NCBI GenBank assembly: GCA_965372715.1
Contig: CBDVDH010000032.1
Location: 1 to 41,754 of the forward strand
Direction of reading: 5' to 3'
DNA from: an uncultured bacterium
GTDB lineage: Bacteria > B130-G9
DNA length: 41,754 nucleotides
Program-made: the position numbers and the translations under genes
Notes under the pieces: model-generated
Seen by the model: only the letters and a program-made list of their open reading frames with translations
Told to the model about the DNA's origin: nothing
Databases searched by the model: none
Shown here: one piece after another, positions 15,935-25,553 of the stretch
Position numbering within the stretch: position 1 is the stretch's first letter
How the letters are laid out: each line of letters starts with the position of its first letter

Positions 15935-16360
15935 ATGACCGAGATGTTTCAGATCTACAAGTGTGAGATATGTGGGAACGTCGTAGAGATGCTCCACACT
16001 GGCGTGGGGGAGCTCGTCTGCTGTGGTGAGTCGATGAAGCTTTACGAGGAAAACACGACTGATGCGGCTTTGGAGAAGCACGTTCCGGTAATCGAGAAGC
16101 TCGGATCTGGTTCTCAGATACTCACGGGCGGCCTTGGTGGCTCGAGAGGACCCCGGCTCAAGGTGCAGGTTGGTAGCGTCGCGCACCCGATGATAGATGC
16201 GCACTACATCGAGTGGATCGAGCTTATCGCTGACGGCAAGGCATATCGGGAGTTCCTGAAGCCCGACGATGCGCCCGAGGCGACGTTCTGCATCACAGCG
16301 GACAAGGTAACTGCCCGAGAATACTGCAACGTGCACGGCCTTTGGAAGAAGGAGGGGTAG
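15935..16360 (+). CDS. dfx: Desulfoferrodoxin (2Fe superoxide reductase)
   Basis: [19 protein letters not shown], HPMxxxHYIEWI and YCNVHGLW. Confidence 0.96.
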   Translation: MTEMFQIYKCEICGNVVEMLHTGVGELVCCGESMKLYEENTTDAALEKHVPVIEKLGSGSQILTGGLGGSRGPRLKVQVGSVAHPMIDAHYIEWIELIADGKAYREFLKPDDAPEATFCITADKVTAREYCNVHGLWKKEG

Positions 16361-16362
16361 GG

Positions 16363-16890
16363 ATGATCGAGGATATGAACGATGAGGCAAGAGACAAGGT
16401 CGCCAAGGGGATTGCTGAGGCGATCAAAACGGAGAACGAGGGCAGGTACTTCTACCTGATGGCTGCCAACAGCACGACGGACCCAAAGGGCAAGGAAGTC
16501 TTCGCGACATTGGCCGATGAGGAGCAGGTTCACTTGAAGTATCTCAAGAAGCAATACCTGTCACTTCTCGAACGCGGTGAGTTCGACAAGAAGTTGAAGC
16601 TGGGCCCCAAGGCGGACTTCTCCGGAGCCAACCCCATATTCTCCGAGCAGCTGCTCGAGCGGCTTTCGGATGCCCATTACGAGATGAGTGCGCTGTCCAT
16701 AGGCGTCCGGCTGGAGCTCTACTCTACGAGTTTCTATAAGAAGCAGGCCGAGGAGAGCGCCGATCCATTTGTGAAGGGGGTTTTCAGCGAGCTTGCGGAG
16801 TGGGAAGCGGACCACTATCATGCACTATTGAGGCAGCTAGACGCTTTGAAGGAGTTCTATTGGGAGGCCGCGGGTTTTTCGCCATTCTGA
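16363..16890 (+). CDS. Ferritin-like (rubrerythrin-family) di-iron protein
   Basis: AIKTENEGRYFY, EEQVH, ELYSTSFY and WEADH. Confidence 0.88.
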   Translation: MIEDMNDEARDKVAKGIAEAIKTENEGRYFYLMAANSTTDPKGKEVFATLADEEQVHLKYLKKQYLSLLERGEFDKKLKLGPKADFSGANPIFSEQLLERLSDAHYEMSALSIGVRLELYSTSFYKKQAEESADPFVKGVFSELAEWEADHYHALLRQLDALKEFYWEAAGFSPF

Positions 16891-16911
16891 TTCATAGGAA
16901 GGAGACGTGCA

Positions 16912-17403
16912 GTGAGCATAACCTTTAACGCTGACGAGGTTTTTGAGATAGCGGAGCAGATCGAGAGGAACGGCGCCAAGTTCTATCGACGTGCCGCCGA
17001 GATGTTCCCTGAGCCCGATGCGCACCAGCTGCTTGCTGATCTTGCCGTGTGGGAAAAAGGCCACGAAAGGCTTTTTGCCGACGTGCGCAGGGAGCTTTCT
17101 GAGCGACAAAAGGAACCGGTGTTCTTTGATCCCAACAACGAGGCCGTCATGTATCTGAGAGCTATGGCGGACGATCACGTTTTCAATCCTAAGGCAGACC
17201 TTTCTGGATTCCTGACAGGTGACGAGGGACTGGCGGAGGTCCTACGAAAGGCTCTTCGGTTCGAAAAGGACTCCATTGCTTTCTACTTGGGAATGAGGGA
17301 CTTGGTTAGCGTGGAGCTTGGCAAAGACAAGGTGGCCAGGATAATTGAGGAGGAGAAGAGCCACGTCGTCATGCTGAGCAAACGGATTGCCTCGTTGCAG
17401 TGA
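16912..17403 (+). CDS. Ferritin-like (rubrerythrin-family) di-iron protein
   Basis: AEQIERNGAKFY, EKGH, EKDSIAFY and EEKSH; AAGGAG SD with a GTG start. Confidence 0.9.
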   Translation: MSITFNADEVFEIAEQIERNGAKFYRRAAEMFPEPDAHQLLADLAVWEKGHERLFADVRRELSERQKEPVFFDPNNEAVMYLRAMADDHVFNPKADLSGFLTGDEGLAEVLRKALRFEKDSIAFYLGMRDLVSVELGKDKVARIIEEEKSHVVMLSKRIASLQ

Positions 17404-17536
17404 ATAGACGCTCGTATTCTTGACGAGGCGAGCGTGCGGTCATCATCGGCACGCATTCTGAAATGAGCCTCCTGGGCACGCCATCTATTGCAGCACGACG
17501 GCCAAGGGGTGTAGGCGATACCGGAAGGAGGATACC

Positions 17537-18742
17537 GTGAACGGACCCGAAAGCGCAGTCAAAGTGACCGATCATGTTTTCTGGGTCGGCGCCATTGATT
17601 GGGGCATCCGTAACTTCCACGGGTACGAGACAGGCCGCGGCACCACGTACAACGCATATCTAGTGATGGCCGACAAGGTTACGTTGATCGATACGGTGAA
17701 GGCGCCGTTCGCGGACGAGATGCTCTCCCGTATCGCCTCGGTCGTTGAGCCCAAGAGGATAGACTACATTGTCTCGAATCACGCCGAGATGGACCATTCC
17801 GGGGCGCTGCCGAGAACGATAGAGGTCGTGAAGCCTGAGAGGGTCTTCGCTTCCGTAATGGGAGCCAAGGCACTATCGAGTCACTTCGATCTCGGTATCG
17901 AGATCACTAAAGTTAAGAACGGAGAAGGTCTCAGCCTCGGCAACATGAAGCTGACATTCATCCACACGCCGATGCTGCACTGGCCGGACAGCATGGTCTC
18001 ATACCTCGCGGAGGCGAAGACCCTCTTCTCACAAGATGCCTTCGGGATGCACCTCGCCTCGACCGAGCGTTTCGACGATGAGATAGCCGATGCGGTCCTT
18101 CTGGACGAGGCGGCCAGGTACTATGCCAATATCCTCTTGCCGTTCTCGCCGCTTATAGCAAAGCTCCTCGAGAGCCTTCCGACACTCGGCCTGAGCATCA
18201 AGACCGTGGCGCCGGACCACGGGCCTATATGGCGGACGAGATTCGCGGACGTTCTCAAGTGGTATTCGACGTGGGCGGCGCAGCAGCCGACTGAGAAGGC
18301 CGTCATCGTCTATGACACGATGTGGAAGAGCACCGGCATGATGGCGCGTGCGCTCTGCGATGGTCTTGTCGAGGGCGACATCAGCGTCAATGTCATGCCG
18401 CTAGCATCGTGCCACCGAAGCGACGTGGCGACCGCGGTGATGCAGGCCGGGGCGCTCTTGGTGGGCTCGCCGACGATTAACAATAACATCTTCCCGACGG
18501 TTGCAGACGTCATGACCTATTTGAAAGGTCTCAAGCCTAAGAACCTCGTCGGGGCAGCGTTTGGCTCGTTCGGCTGGAGCGGCGAGGCGGTCTCGCATTT
18601 GAACGAGCTCCTCAAGTCAATGAACGTGGAACTTGTGAGCGACGGGGTCAAGGCCAATTACGTGCCCGACGCGGAGGCGCTTAATCATTGCAACTCGCTA
18701 GGCAGGGCTGTGGCAGAGAGACTCAAGGAGAGATGCCAATGA
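17537..18742 (+). CDS. fprA: Flavodiiron protein (FprA/ROO, O2/NO reductase)
   Basis: [31 protein letters not shown] and a flavodoxin domain ([17 protein letters not shown]). Confidence 0.96.
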   Translation: MNGPESAVKVTDHVFWVGAIDWGIRNFHGYETGRGTTYNAYLVMADKVTLIDTVKAPFADEMLSRIASVVEPKRIDYIVSNHAEMDHSGALPRTIEVVKPERVFASVMGAKALSSHFDLGIEITKVKNGEGLSLGNMKLTFIHTPMLHWPDSMVSYLAEAKTLFSQDAFGMHLASTERFDDEIADAVLLDEAARYYANILLPFSPLIAKLLESLPTLGLSIKTVAPDHGPIWRTRFADVLKWYSTWAAQQPTEKAVIVYDTMWKSTGMMARALCDGLVEGDISVNVMPLASCHRSDVATAVMQAGALLVGSPTINNNIFPTVADVMTYLKGLKPKNLVGAAFGSFGWSGEAVSHLNELLKSMNVELVSDGVKANYVPDAEALNHCNSLGRAVAERLKERCQ

Positions 18743-19464
18743 CGAATCTCCGAATCGATCTCAAGTCGCTTTCCTGCATCAGCTATGGCCTGTATATCGT
18801 GACCTCGCGCCTCGGCGAGAGGCTGAACGGTCAGATTGTCAACACAGTCGTTCAAGTCTCGGGCCGTCCTCCGAAAATCGCCGTCAGCATCAATAAAGAG
18901 AACCTGACGCACGAGCTCATATCGGAAAGCGGCGTCTTTGGCGTCTCCGTGCTCGACGAGACGACCCCCATGACGCTCATAAGCACGTTTGGTTTCAGGT
19001 CAGGCCGCGACATTAACAAGTTCGAGAAAGTCAAACACAAGCTCGGGACGACAAAAGTCCCGCTAGTGATAGAGCACGTGGTCTCAGTCCTTGAGGCGAA
19101 AGTCGTTGATTCCGTGAACGTCGGGACGCACACGGTGTTCGTCGGTGAGGTGCTTTCCGGCGAAGTGATCGCGAGTGGCCGTGCCCTAACCTATGATTTC
19201 TATAAGGTGCACCTTAAGGGAAAGACGCCGAAGAATGCGCCGAGCTATATTGAGACTGATCCAGAGCGCAAAGAAACAGAGCGAGAAGAAGGAGAGAAAC
19301 CAATGAATAGGTACGTCTGCACCGTTTGTGGTTACCTTTATGACCCTGAGCAAGGCGATCCAGAAAACGGGATCATGCCGGGAACGGCCTTTGACGACCT
19401 CCCGCCGAGCTGGACCTGCCCTATCTGCGGCGTCGGTAAAGACGCCTTCAAGCCAGAGGAATGA
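18739..19464 (+). CDS. hrb: Flavin reductase-rubredoxin fusion (high-molecular-weight rubredoxin)
   Basis: [17 protein letters not shown] and GTHTVFVG, then [12 protein letters not shown]...WTCPICG; ATGA overlap with fprA. Confidence 0.92.
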   Translation: MTNLRIDLKSLSCISYGLYIVTSRLGERLNGQIVNTVVQVSGRPPKIAVSINKENLTHELISESGVFGVSVLDETTPMTLISTFGFRSGRDINKFEKVKHKLGTTKVPLVIEHVVSVLEAKVVDSVNVGTHTVFVGEVLSGEVIASGRALTYDFYKVHLKGKTPKNAPSYIETDPERKETEREEGEKPMNRYVCTVCGYLYDPEQGDPENGIMPGTAFDDLPPSWTCPICGVGKDAFKPEE

Positions 19465-20286
19465 CGCGAGATCGTAGATAAACAAACGCTTGAGCGGCTA
19501 TACGAGAGGTACAACAGGCGCAAGTTCGTTCACCCGGACCCACTTGAGTTCCTCTATAATTACGAGCACCTGCGCGACCGCGAGCTCGTGGGCTTAATTG
19601 CGAGCTCGTTAGCTTATGGAAGAGTAGCCCAGATTCTGAAGAGCATTTCCGGTGTTCTCGACCGGTTGGGACCATCGCCTTGTGAGTTTGTGCTTAATTC
19701 ATCGAAGAATAAGCTTGAATCCCTATTCTCGAGCTTCAGGCATAGGTTCACAACTGGGGACGAGCTGGTTCAGATGCTTATCGGGGTAAGGCGCGTTGTG
19801 AGACGGCACGGTTCCCTGCACAGGTGTTTTGTGGCCGGGCTGAAGGATGTGCACCAGACCGTGATTCCGGCGCTTCGGAGGTTCGTTGACGAACTCGCGT
19901 TTGGTGAGAATGGGAGAGAGAAGTGCGGCAGCCTCGTGCCCTTGCCCGCACGGGGCAGCGCCTGCAAGCGGCTTAACCTCTTCCTAAGATGGATGGTGCG
20001 AGAGGATGAGGTCGATCCGGGCGGATGGGACGACGTGCCGACGTCGAAGCTGATTGTGCCATTGGACACACATATACACAGAACGGGACTTGCGTTGGGT
20101 CTCACGGATAGGAAGTGCGCGGACATGCGCTGCGCGTTGGAGATCACGAAGGCGTTCAGACGCTTCGCGCCGTATGACCCCGTGCGATACGACTTCGCTT
20201 TCACGAGGCTTGGCATAAGGAAAGATGCCGACCTCGAATCCTTCCTCGATGAATTCGGACAATGGAGGGTTCACGGCTGTGCCTGA
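19461..20286 (+). CDS. TIGR02757/DUF2400-family protein; start region frame-broken
   Basis: [43 protein letters not shown] and DPVRYDFA. The conserved N-terminus (19465-19587) has no in-frame ATG/GTG/TTG. Confidence 0.85.
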
Positions 20287-21547
20287 TGTTATTATGGACA
20301 TCCTTGCCGAGTTCTGGGGCGTCCTGGGCGCGATGTCCCCCTATCTTCTCTTCGGCTTTTTTGTGGCGGGAGTGCTCTCGGTCTTCATCTCGCCGGATGT
20401 TGTGCGGCGTCACCTGGGCGGAAAGGGTCTCTTGCCAGTTGTCAAAGCATCGCTCTTCGGGGTTCCTTTGCCGTTGTGCTCCTGCGGGGTCATCCCCGTC
20501 TCGGCCTCGCTGAGGAGACAGGGCGCCAGCAAGGGAGCGACAACTGCCTTTCTGCTCTCGACGCCGCAGACGGGCGTTGACTCGATCTTCGTCACTCTGA
20601 GTCTCATAGGGCCCGTCTTCGCCGTATTCAGGCCACTCGTGGCACTATTGACTGGCGTCATCGGCGGCTCGCTCGTGTCGATCGGTGAGAAGGGCGGGAA
20701 AGAGGCCCGTGAAACGCCCAATTGCACGTGCTCCACCGGCGCCTGTATGGTGCACCGCAAGGGGCACAAGCTTGCTCAGATATTCAAATACGGCTTCGTG
20801 ACGCTGGCAGGCGACATCGCAAAGCCGCTCTTTTTCGGGCTTCTGGCCGCGGCGCTAATCTCCGCGCTTGTGCCTCAGGACTTCTTCGCTGACTCTCTCG
20901 GCAAGGGCTTCTTGGCGAAACTGCTGCTGATGGCCCTGGGGATACCGGTTTACGTCTGCGCCACCGCGTCCGTTCCCCTGGCTGCCGCCTTGATCGCGAT
21001 CGGTGTATCACCGGGCGCTGCGTTTGTTTTTCTGATGACAGGGCCGGCCACAAACATCGCGACTATCGTTACGGTCTGGAAGGTTATGGGCAAGAAAGTG
21101 GCAATTATCTATCTTCTGACAACGGCCGGATGTGCGCTTCTTTTCGGCACGCTGCTCGATTTGATCTATACCGCAACCGCCCGCACTGCCGAACCATATA
21201 TGCCCTGGATGCTGCCGCCGTATCTCAAAATGACCAGTGCCATAATCTTGCTGGGTGTGCTGGCTTGGTCGATGTACGCCCACAAGCGCGTTCACGGTGA
21301 ACCAATACCGCAGGAACAGGAGAAAGGAATGCTCGCTCTCAACATCACAGGAATGACGTGCAGCCATTGCGTTGACGCAGTCACCCGTGCTTTGAAGGAA
21401 AGCCCTGGAGTTGAAGCGGTTAACGTCGATCTCAAAACCGGAAAAGCTATACTGAGCGGCAGCGACCTGGATGCCGAGGCGCTCTGCAAAGCCGTCAGCG
21501 AGCTGGGTTATGAATGCAGTCTGCACGCCGCACCGGCCGAATCGTGA
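20279..21547 (+). CDS. Permease (DUF318/ArsP, SO_0444-like) with C-terminal heavy-metal-associated domain
   Basis: PLPLCSCGVIP, STPQTGVDS, YVCATASVP, GPATN and GMTCSHC; GGAGG SD before GTG 20279. Confidence 0.9.
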   Translation: MPDVIMDILAEFWGVLGAMSPYLLFGFFVAGVLSVFISPDVVRRHLGGKGLLPVVKASLFGVPLPLCSCGVIPVSASLRRQGASKGATTAFLLSTPQTGVDSIFVTLSLIGPVFAVFRPLVALLTGVIGGSLVSIGEKGGKEARETPNCTCSTGACMVHRKGHKLAQIFKYGFVTLAGDIAKPLFFGLLAAALISALVPQDFFADSLGKGFLAKLLLMALGIPVYVCATASVPLAAALIAIGVSPGAAFVFLMTGPATNIATIVTVWKVMGKKVAIIYLLTTAGCALLFGTLLDLIYTATARTAEPYMPWMLPPYLKMTSAIILLGVLAWSMYAHKRVHGEPIPQEQEKGMLALNITGMTCSHCVDAVTRALKESPGVEAVNVDLKTGKAILSGSDLDAEALCKAVSELGYECSLHAAPAES

Positions 21548-21751
21548 GGTGCGATTTGAGTCATTGATGGCCGGATGCGAATTCAGCGATTAAGCAGGGG
21601 CGCATCACAAGGCTCTCACAGACGAGGCGGATCGTCCAGTCCACAAGCTGGACAGTCGTTGTCCTGGTGATTGGGCTCTGCTAGCCATACCCGCTCTTGG
21701 GCTATGCAGTGCCCGTCTTAGTGATTATGGGCATCGCGCTGTCTGGCGCGG

Positions 21752-22759
21752 CTATTGATATACAACGCTATCCCTGAGTTTCTTGTTCGGGCCTATCGTC
21801 GCGCCTCGCCATACGATCGATCTCGTAACCGCTGCTCCCGGGCCAATCTTGGCGTTCTCGCCGATCACCGCATAAGGCCCGACGGCGGCGCCTTTTCCGA
21901 TGATGCAGGACCTGCCAAGTGCGACCGGGGGCTCGATCCTGACCTCGGGGTCGAGCGCAATCTCGAAGTCGTCGAGATCGAATGACCCGTGCCGATCTTG
22001 GATAATCGCGAATCTTCCGCCTTCCTCGACGACTCTTCTGTAGGGACTCGTGCCGTCCAGAACATCGAAGTGCGCCTGTCTGTAATTATCAAGATCGCCC
22101 AATTCCCGCCAATAGCAGTCAAGAATGAAGCCCTGCACAGCTAGGCCTGCGCCGAGCATCTCAACGTCAGCGGCGATGACGCTAGATGGGCGGTTCGGCG
22201 GCAGGAAACGAAAGACTACCGGCTCGAGAATCTGGAGCCCACAGAACGCATACAGCAGGCGATTGGGGTCGTGCGTGCCGAACATACTCCCCAGCATCGA
22301 AATGCGACCGTTATCGTCGAGTTGGATCGGCGTGTATCTACCCGTAGAGTCCTTTTTGAGCAGCAACGTCGCAGCGGCCCCATTCCTAGAGTGCACGTCG
22401 AGCATCTGTCCTATATCTACCGATGGATCGAGGAGAAAATCACTATTGGCAACGAGGAAGGTCCGGCCTCCGAACAGGCGCTCCACCTTCTTAAGGCCGC
22501 CGCCTGTACCGAGCAGATGCGGTTCGTTTGAGAAGTGCAGACGGAACACATTGCCCCAGCGAGTCTTGAGGTCCCGCCTGAGAACTTCTGCTCGGTGATG
22601 CAGGTTGACGGCGATCTCATCGACGCCCCAACGTAGAAGCTGCGGTAGGATGTAATCGACCAGCGGCCTCCCGAAGAAGTCGATCATCGGTTTCGGCACG
22701 AAGTTCGTTATCGGGGACAGCCGCGAGCCAATGCCGGCGCAAAAAAGCATTGCTTTCAT
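21752..22759 (-). CDS. NDP-sugar pyrophosphorylase (mannose-1-phosphate guanylyltransferase-like)
   Basis: AGIGSRLSPITNFVPKPM, LGTGGG, NSD and C-terminal hexapeptide repeats. Confidence 0.9.
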   Translation of the reverse strand: MKAMLFCAGIGSRLSPITNFVPKPMIDFFGRPLVDYILPQLLRWGVDEIAVNLHHRAEVLRRDLKTRWGNVFRLHFSNEPHLLGTGGGLKKVERLFGGRTFLVANSDFLLDPSVDIGQMLDVHSRNGAAATLLLKKDSTGRYTPIQLDDNGRISMLGSMFGTHDPNRLLYAFCGLQILEPVVFRFLPPNRPSSVIAADVEMLGAGLAVQGFILDCYWRELGDLDNYRQAHFDVLDGTSPYRRVVEEGGRFAIIQDRHGSFDLDDFEIALDPEVRIEPPVALGRSCIIGKGAAVGPYAVIGENAKIGPGAAVTRSIVWRGATIGPNKKLRDSVVYQ

Positions 22760-22809
22760 GCTAGTCGGTTCCGAGTTCCAAGTTCGAGGTCGAGTTCAAA
22801 CATATCGCA

Positions 22810-23979
22810 CTATTGGGGACGGAAGTAGGCCGTCATGACGTCGCCGGTCCTGAATGCGACGAAGGGCAGATAGGGAATCTGCGCCAGGAGCGTCCTGGTG
22901 AGGGCGTCTGGGATGAGGCGCAGACCCAGGCGGGAGTTGATGGACTGTGCCAGATGGTGAACGCACCCTTGAAGCGGAAACCGAACTCTTTGCAGCTTAA
23001 AGCCGGCTTTGTCGGCCATTCTGGACAGAGCGTTTCGCCCAAAGAGAAAGAGGTGCCTCGGGAAATCGTAACCAGCCCAGTGTTGTCCAAAAACCTTCGA
23101 TGAGAGGCAATCAGGATTGGGCACGCCGATGATCAGCCCGCCATCCGGAGCTACGGTCCTTCGCGCCTCGTGCAGAGCACGCATCGGATCGCTCAAATGC
23201 TCAAGTGAATGCGAGAATATGACGAGGTCGAACTGATCATCCGAATAGCCTGCGTCCCAGAGCTGCCCGCAGAACGTCTCAACGCCGAGACTGGAGGAAA
23301 CCGCCTGACAAGCCTTTTGTGAAATCTCCGTCCCAAACAACTCCGTATCGAGATGAGAAAGCGCAAATAGCAACAAGCCGTTGCCGAATCCGACCTCAAG
23401 TATCCGAGCGGGTCTTCGCCTGAACCGCAGAAACCAGCGGTTATAGACCAGCGTCCTGAGAAGTGCGCTCTGCCGCACTAGAAGCGGAAAGACCGTGCCC
23501 CTGCCAACCGCGCTAAATAAAGCTCGAAAGGTGTTGGCGACCTCCGATTTGCCACGTGAATCATATCCTTCGACTTTGGACTTTGGACTGCCTCCTTCGC
23601 CATAGTAGCCCGTGGGGCTACGGCGGCTGAATTGAACTTTGGACGTATTCATAACTCCATAAGCGTGCAGGATCCTCGCCTGTAGCCGCTGCTTGAGTCC
23701 CGGAGAGGATTTCGAGGTGGCATTTGAGAGCTTCTGAATGTCCCTCGAGTAATACGCGTCGTCACGATAGAGAAGGGGCAGGCTCTCGGCCGTAGGTCTG
23801 GGGTTCAGGAAGAGCACGCTGCATCGAGGGCATCTGACAAATGCATACTTCTGCGGCGTTGTTCCGAGCGTCTTGCCCGGGCTCCGTACGACAACCTCGC
23901 CGTCCTCACCTCCGCAGAGGCAGCAGCTTCCCTTTTCAAAGGTCAAGGTGGGTGAACCATCGGAGGGCGCCGAGTCCAT
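22810..23979 (-). CDS. Class I SAM-dependent methyltransferase with N-terminal Zn ribbon
   Basis: CCLC...CPRC, NPRP, ILEVGFGNG, HSLEH, VPN and PRHLFLF. Confidence 0.88.
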   Translation of the reverse strand: MDSAPSDGSPTLTFEKGSCCLCGGEDGEVVVRSPGKTLGTTPQKYAFVRCPRCSVLFLNPRPTAESLPLLYRDDAYYSRDIQKLSNATSKSSPGLKQRLQARILHAYGVMNTSKVQFSRRSPTGYYGEGGSPKSKVEGYDSRGKSEVANTFRALFSAVGRGTVFPLLVRQSALLRTLVYNRWFLRFRRRPARILEVGFGNGLLLFALSHLDTELFGTEISQKACQAVSSSLGVETFCGQLWDAGYSDDQFDLVIFSHSLEHLSDPMRALHEARRTVAPDGGLIIGVPNPDCLSSKVFGQHWAGYDFPRHLFLFGRNALSRMADKAGFKLQRVRFPLQGCVHHLAQSINSRLGLRLIPDALTRTLLAQIPYLPFVAFRTGDVMTAYFRPQ

Positions 23980-23990
23980 TGAGCCTTCAG

Positions 23991-24665
23991 TTAGGTCCCT
24001 GGGGACAGGAAGTGGTCAAAGACTATCCGCGACCATGACTCCATGTCGGGGCGGATCGCGGCAAGTTCGGTGATCTCAATAAACTCGCCGCTCATTTTGG
24101 ATGTCTCGCGAATCTCGACGTTGTCGTTCGTAAGCAGCGCCTGAAAAACGATCCCGAAGTGAACCCTGCCCACGTCGGTCGTGTCGTCGTTGATGCACCC
24201 TACAAGCCGACAGGCATACTCCGTCGAGATGTCGAGTTCTTCGTGGAGTTCGCGCTCCAGGCCGGAGAGAAATGCGTCGAAGAAATCCGTCTCGCCGTCT
24301 TCGGGATTCAGATGTCCCCCAATGCCGATCGAGTATTTGTCCCAGAGTCGGCGCTCTGATTGCTCACGAAGCCGCTTCATTAGCATGATTCTCGCGCCAC
24401 ACCTGATGAGAACGTAGGGGATGATCTGCTTTAGCGAGGGATCGTTCTCCGCGTCATTCCTGTCAATGAACCGGTAGGCGCCGGAGATGGCCTTCAGTGC
24501 CTCCCACGCAACATCCGCGTCGCCGAATGGCAGCGGAGCCGAATCGCTCGAGCGAGCTAGAACGCTTTGCTCACGGTCGGGCTGAGCCGACGTTCCTTGC
24601 CATGAAAGAGCGACTGTCTCCTCCAATATGCGCCGTGGAACGACCAGAATGCGTTCAGATGTCAT
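23991..24665 (-). CDS. NUDIX/MutT-like phosphoesterase (YmaB-like)
   Basis: ENDPSLKQIIPY, SIGIGGHLN, RELHEEL, VGRVHFG and MESWS. Confidence 0.88.
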   Translation of the reverse strand: MTSERILVVPRRILEETVALSWQGTSAQPDREQSVLARSSDSAPLPFGDADVAWEALKAISGAYRFIDRNDAENDPSLKQIIPYVLIRCGARIMLMKRLREQSERRLWDKYSIGIGGHLNPEDGETDFFDAFLSGLERELHEELDISTEYACRLVGCINDDTTDVGRVHFGIVFQALLTNDNVEIRETSKMSGEFIEITELAAIRPDMESWSRIVFDHFLSPGT

Positions 24666-24835
24666 AGAGATGACCCCAGAATGGATTCAGACAGCTAGAA
24701 TGATTGTAACCACATAACATCCATTCGATCAAATGCTGTGAGCTCCTTAGCGCCAAGCCAGCATCGCGCCGAGACCAATGTGTTATTGCGGACGCAGCCA
24801 GTCCCGCATCGTTCGCGGCCATTTGTAGCCAAGCA

Positions 24836-25351
24836 CTACTTCTCAATGCCAGTCCGCGCCTCGACCCCCTTCTGATAATAGTGCTTCACGTCAACCATTT
24901 CGGTTACGAGGTCCGCGCGCTCAATGACCCTGGGGTCAGCGTTGCGGCCCGTGATGACGAGCTCCACGTCATCGGGCTTTGCCTCGATGACAGAGAGAAG
25001 CTCATCCACAGAGAAGAGTTTGAAATGCGTTGCGACATTGGCCTCGTCCAGGATGACAACACGATACTCACCTGAGGAGACGATCACCCTCACCTCCGAA
25101 AGGCCATCTCTGGCTGCCTCTACATCCGCCCGGCTTGGCTCACCTTTGATGAAGCAGCCCCGGCCGAACTGCTTGACCGTAATCAGGTCCGAAAGCCGCT
25201 GTAAGGCGTCATGCTCGCTGTAGTGGGCGCCCTTTATGAATTGGGCAATGAACACCCTCAGGCCCGCGCCAGCCGCCCTGATGGCGAGACCAAGCGCCGC
25301 CGTCGTTTTGCCTTTCCCGGCGCCAGTATAAACTTGAACGTAGCCTCTCAT
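24836..25351 (-). CDS. cobO: Cob(I)yrinic acid a,c-diamide adenosyltransferase
   Basis: YTGAGKGKTTAALG, QFIKG, ILDE, ITGR, ADLVTEM and KHYY...ARTGIE. Confidence 0.94.
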   Translation of the reverse strand: MRGYVQVYTGAGKGKTTAALGLAIRAAGAGLRVFIAQFIKGAHYSEHDALQRLSDLITVKQFGRGCFIKGEPSRADVEAARDGLSEVRVIVSSGEYRVVILDEANVATHFKLFSVDELLSVIEAKPDDVELVITGRNADPRVIERADLVTEMVDVKHYYQKGVEARTGIEK

Positions 25352-25495
25352 GTCTCCTCCAAATCATAAATCGTCCGGAGCAGCGATGCGCGACCGCTGG
25401 CGTAATCGTCATATAGAAGATAGACCCGAATCTTACGTTCTGCAAAGACCGCGCCAGACAAGAATCCCAAGCGGGAGATTGTGTGAAGCCAATTG

Positions 25496-25523
25496 TTGAC
25501 CAGCGGCACTACTGCTGTATGAT
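25496..25523 (+). promoter_or_regulatory. Putative sigma70 promoter of kinase 1
   Basis: TTGACC-16 bp-TATGAT. Confidence 0.5.
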
Positions 25524-25553
25524 CTGCGGCGGTGATCTTATCAGGAGGGAATT

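Noticed and set aside
19462-19520. Selenocysteine recoding of the hrb TGA
   Set aside because: The position is a linker rather than a Cys-equivalent site, and no convincing SECIS hairpin follows.
25352-25553. Cobalamin riboswitch upstream of cobO
   Set aside because: I could not find the conserved B12-box elements in this short divergent promoter region.
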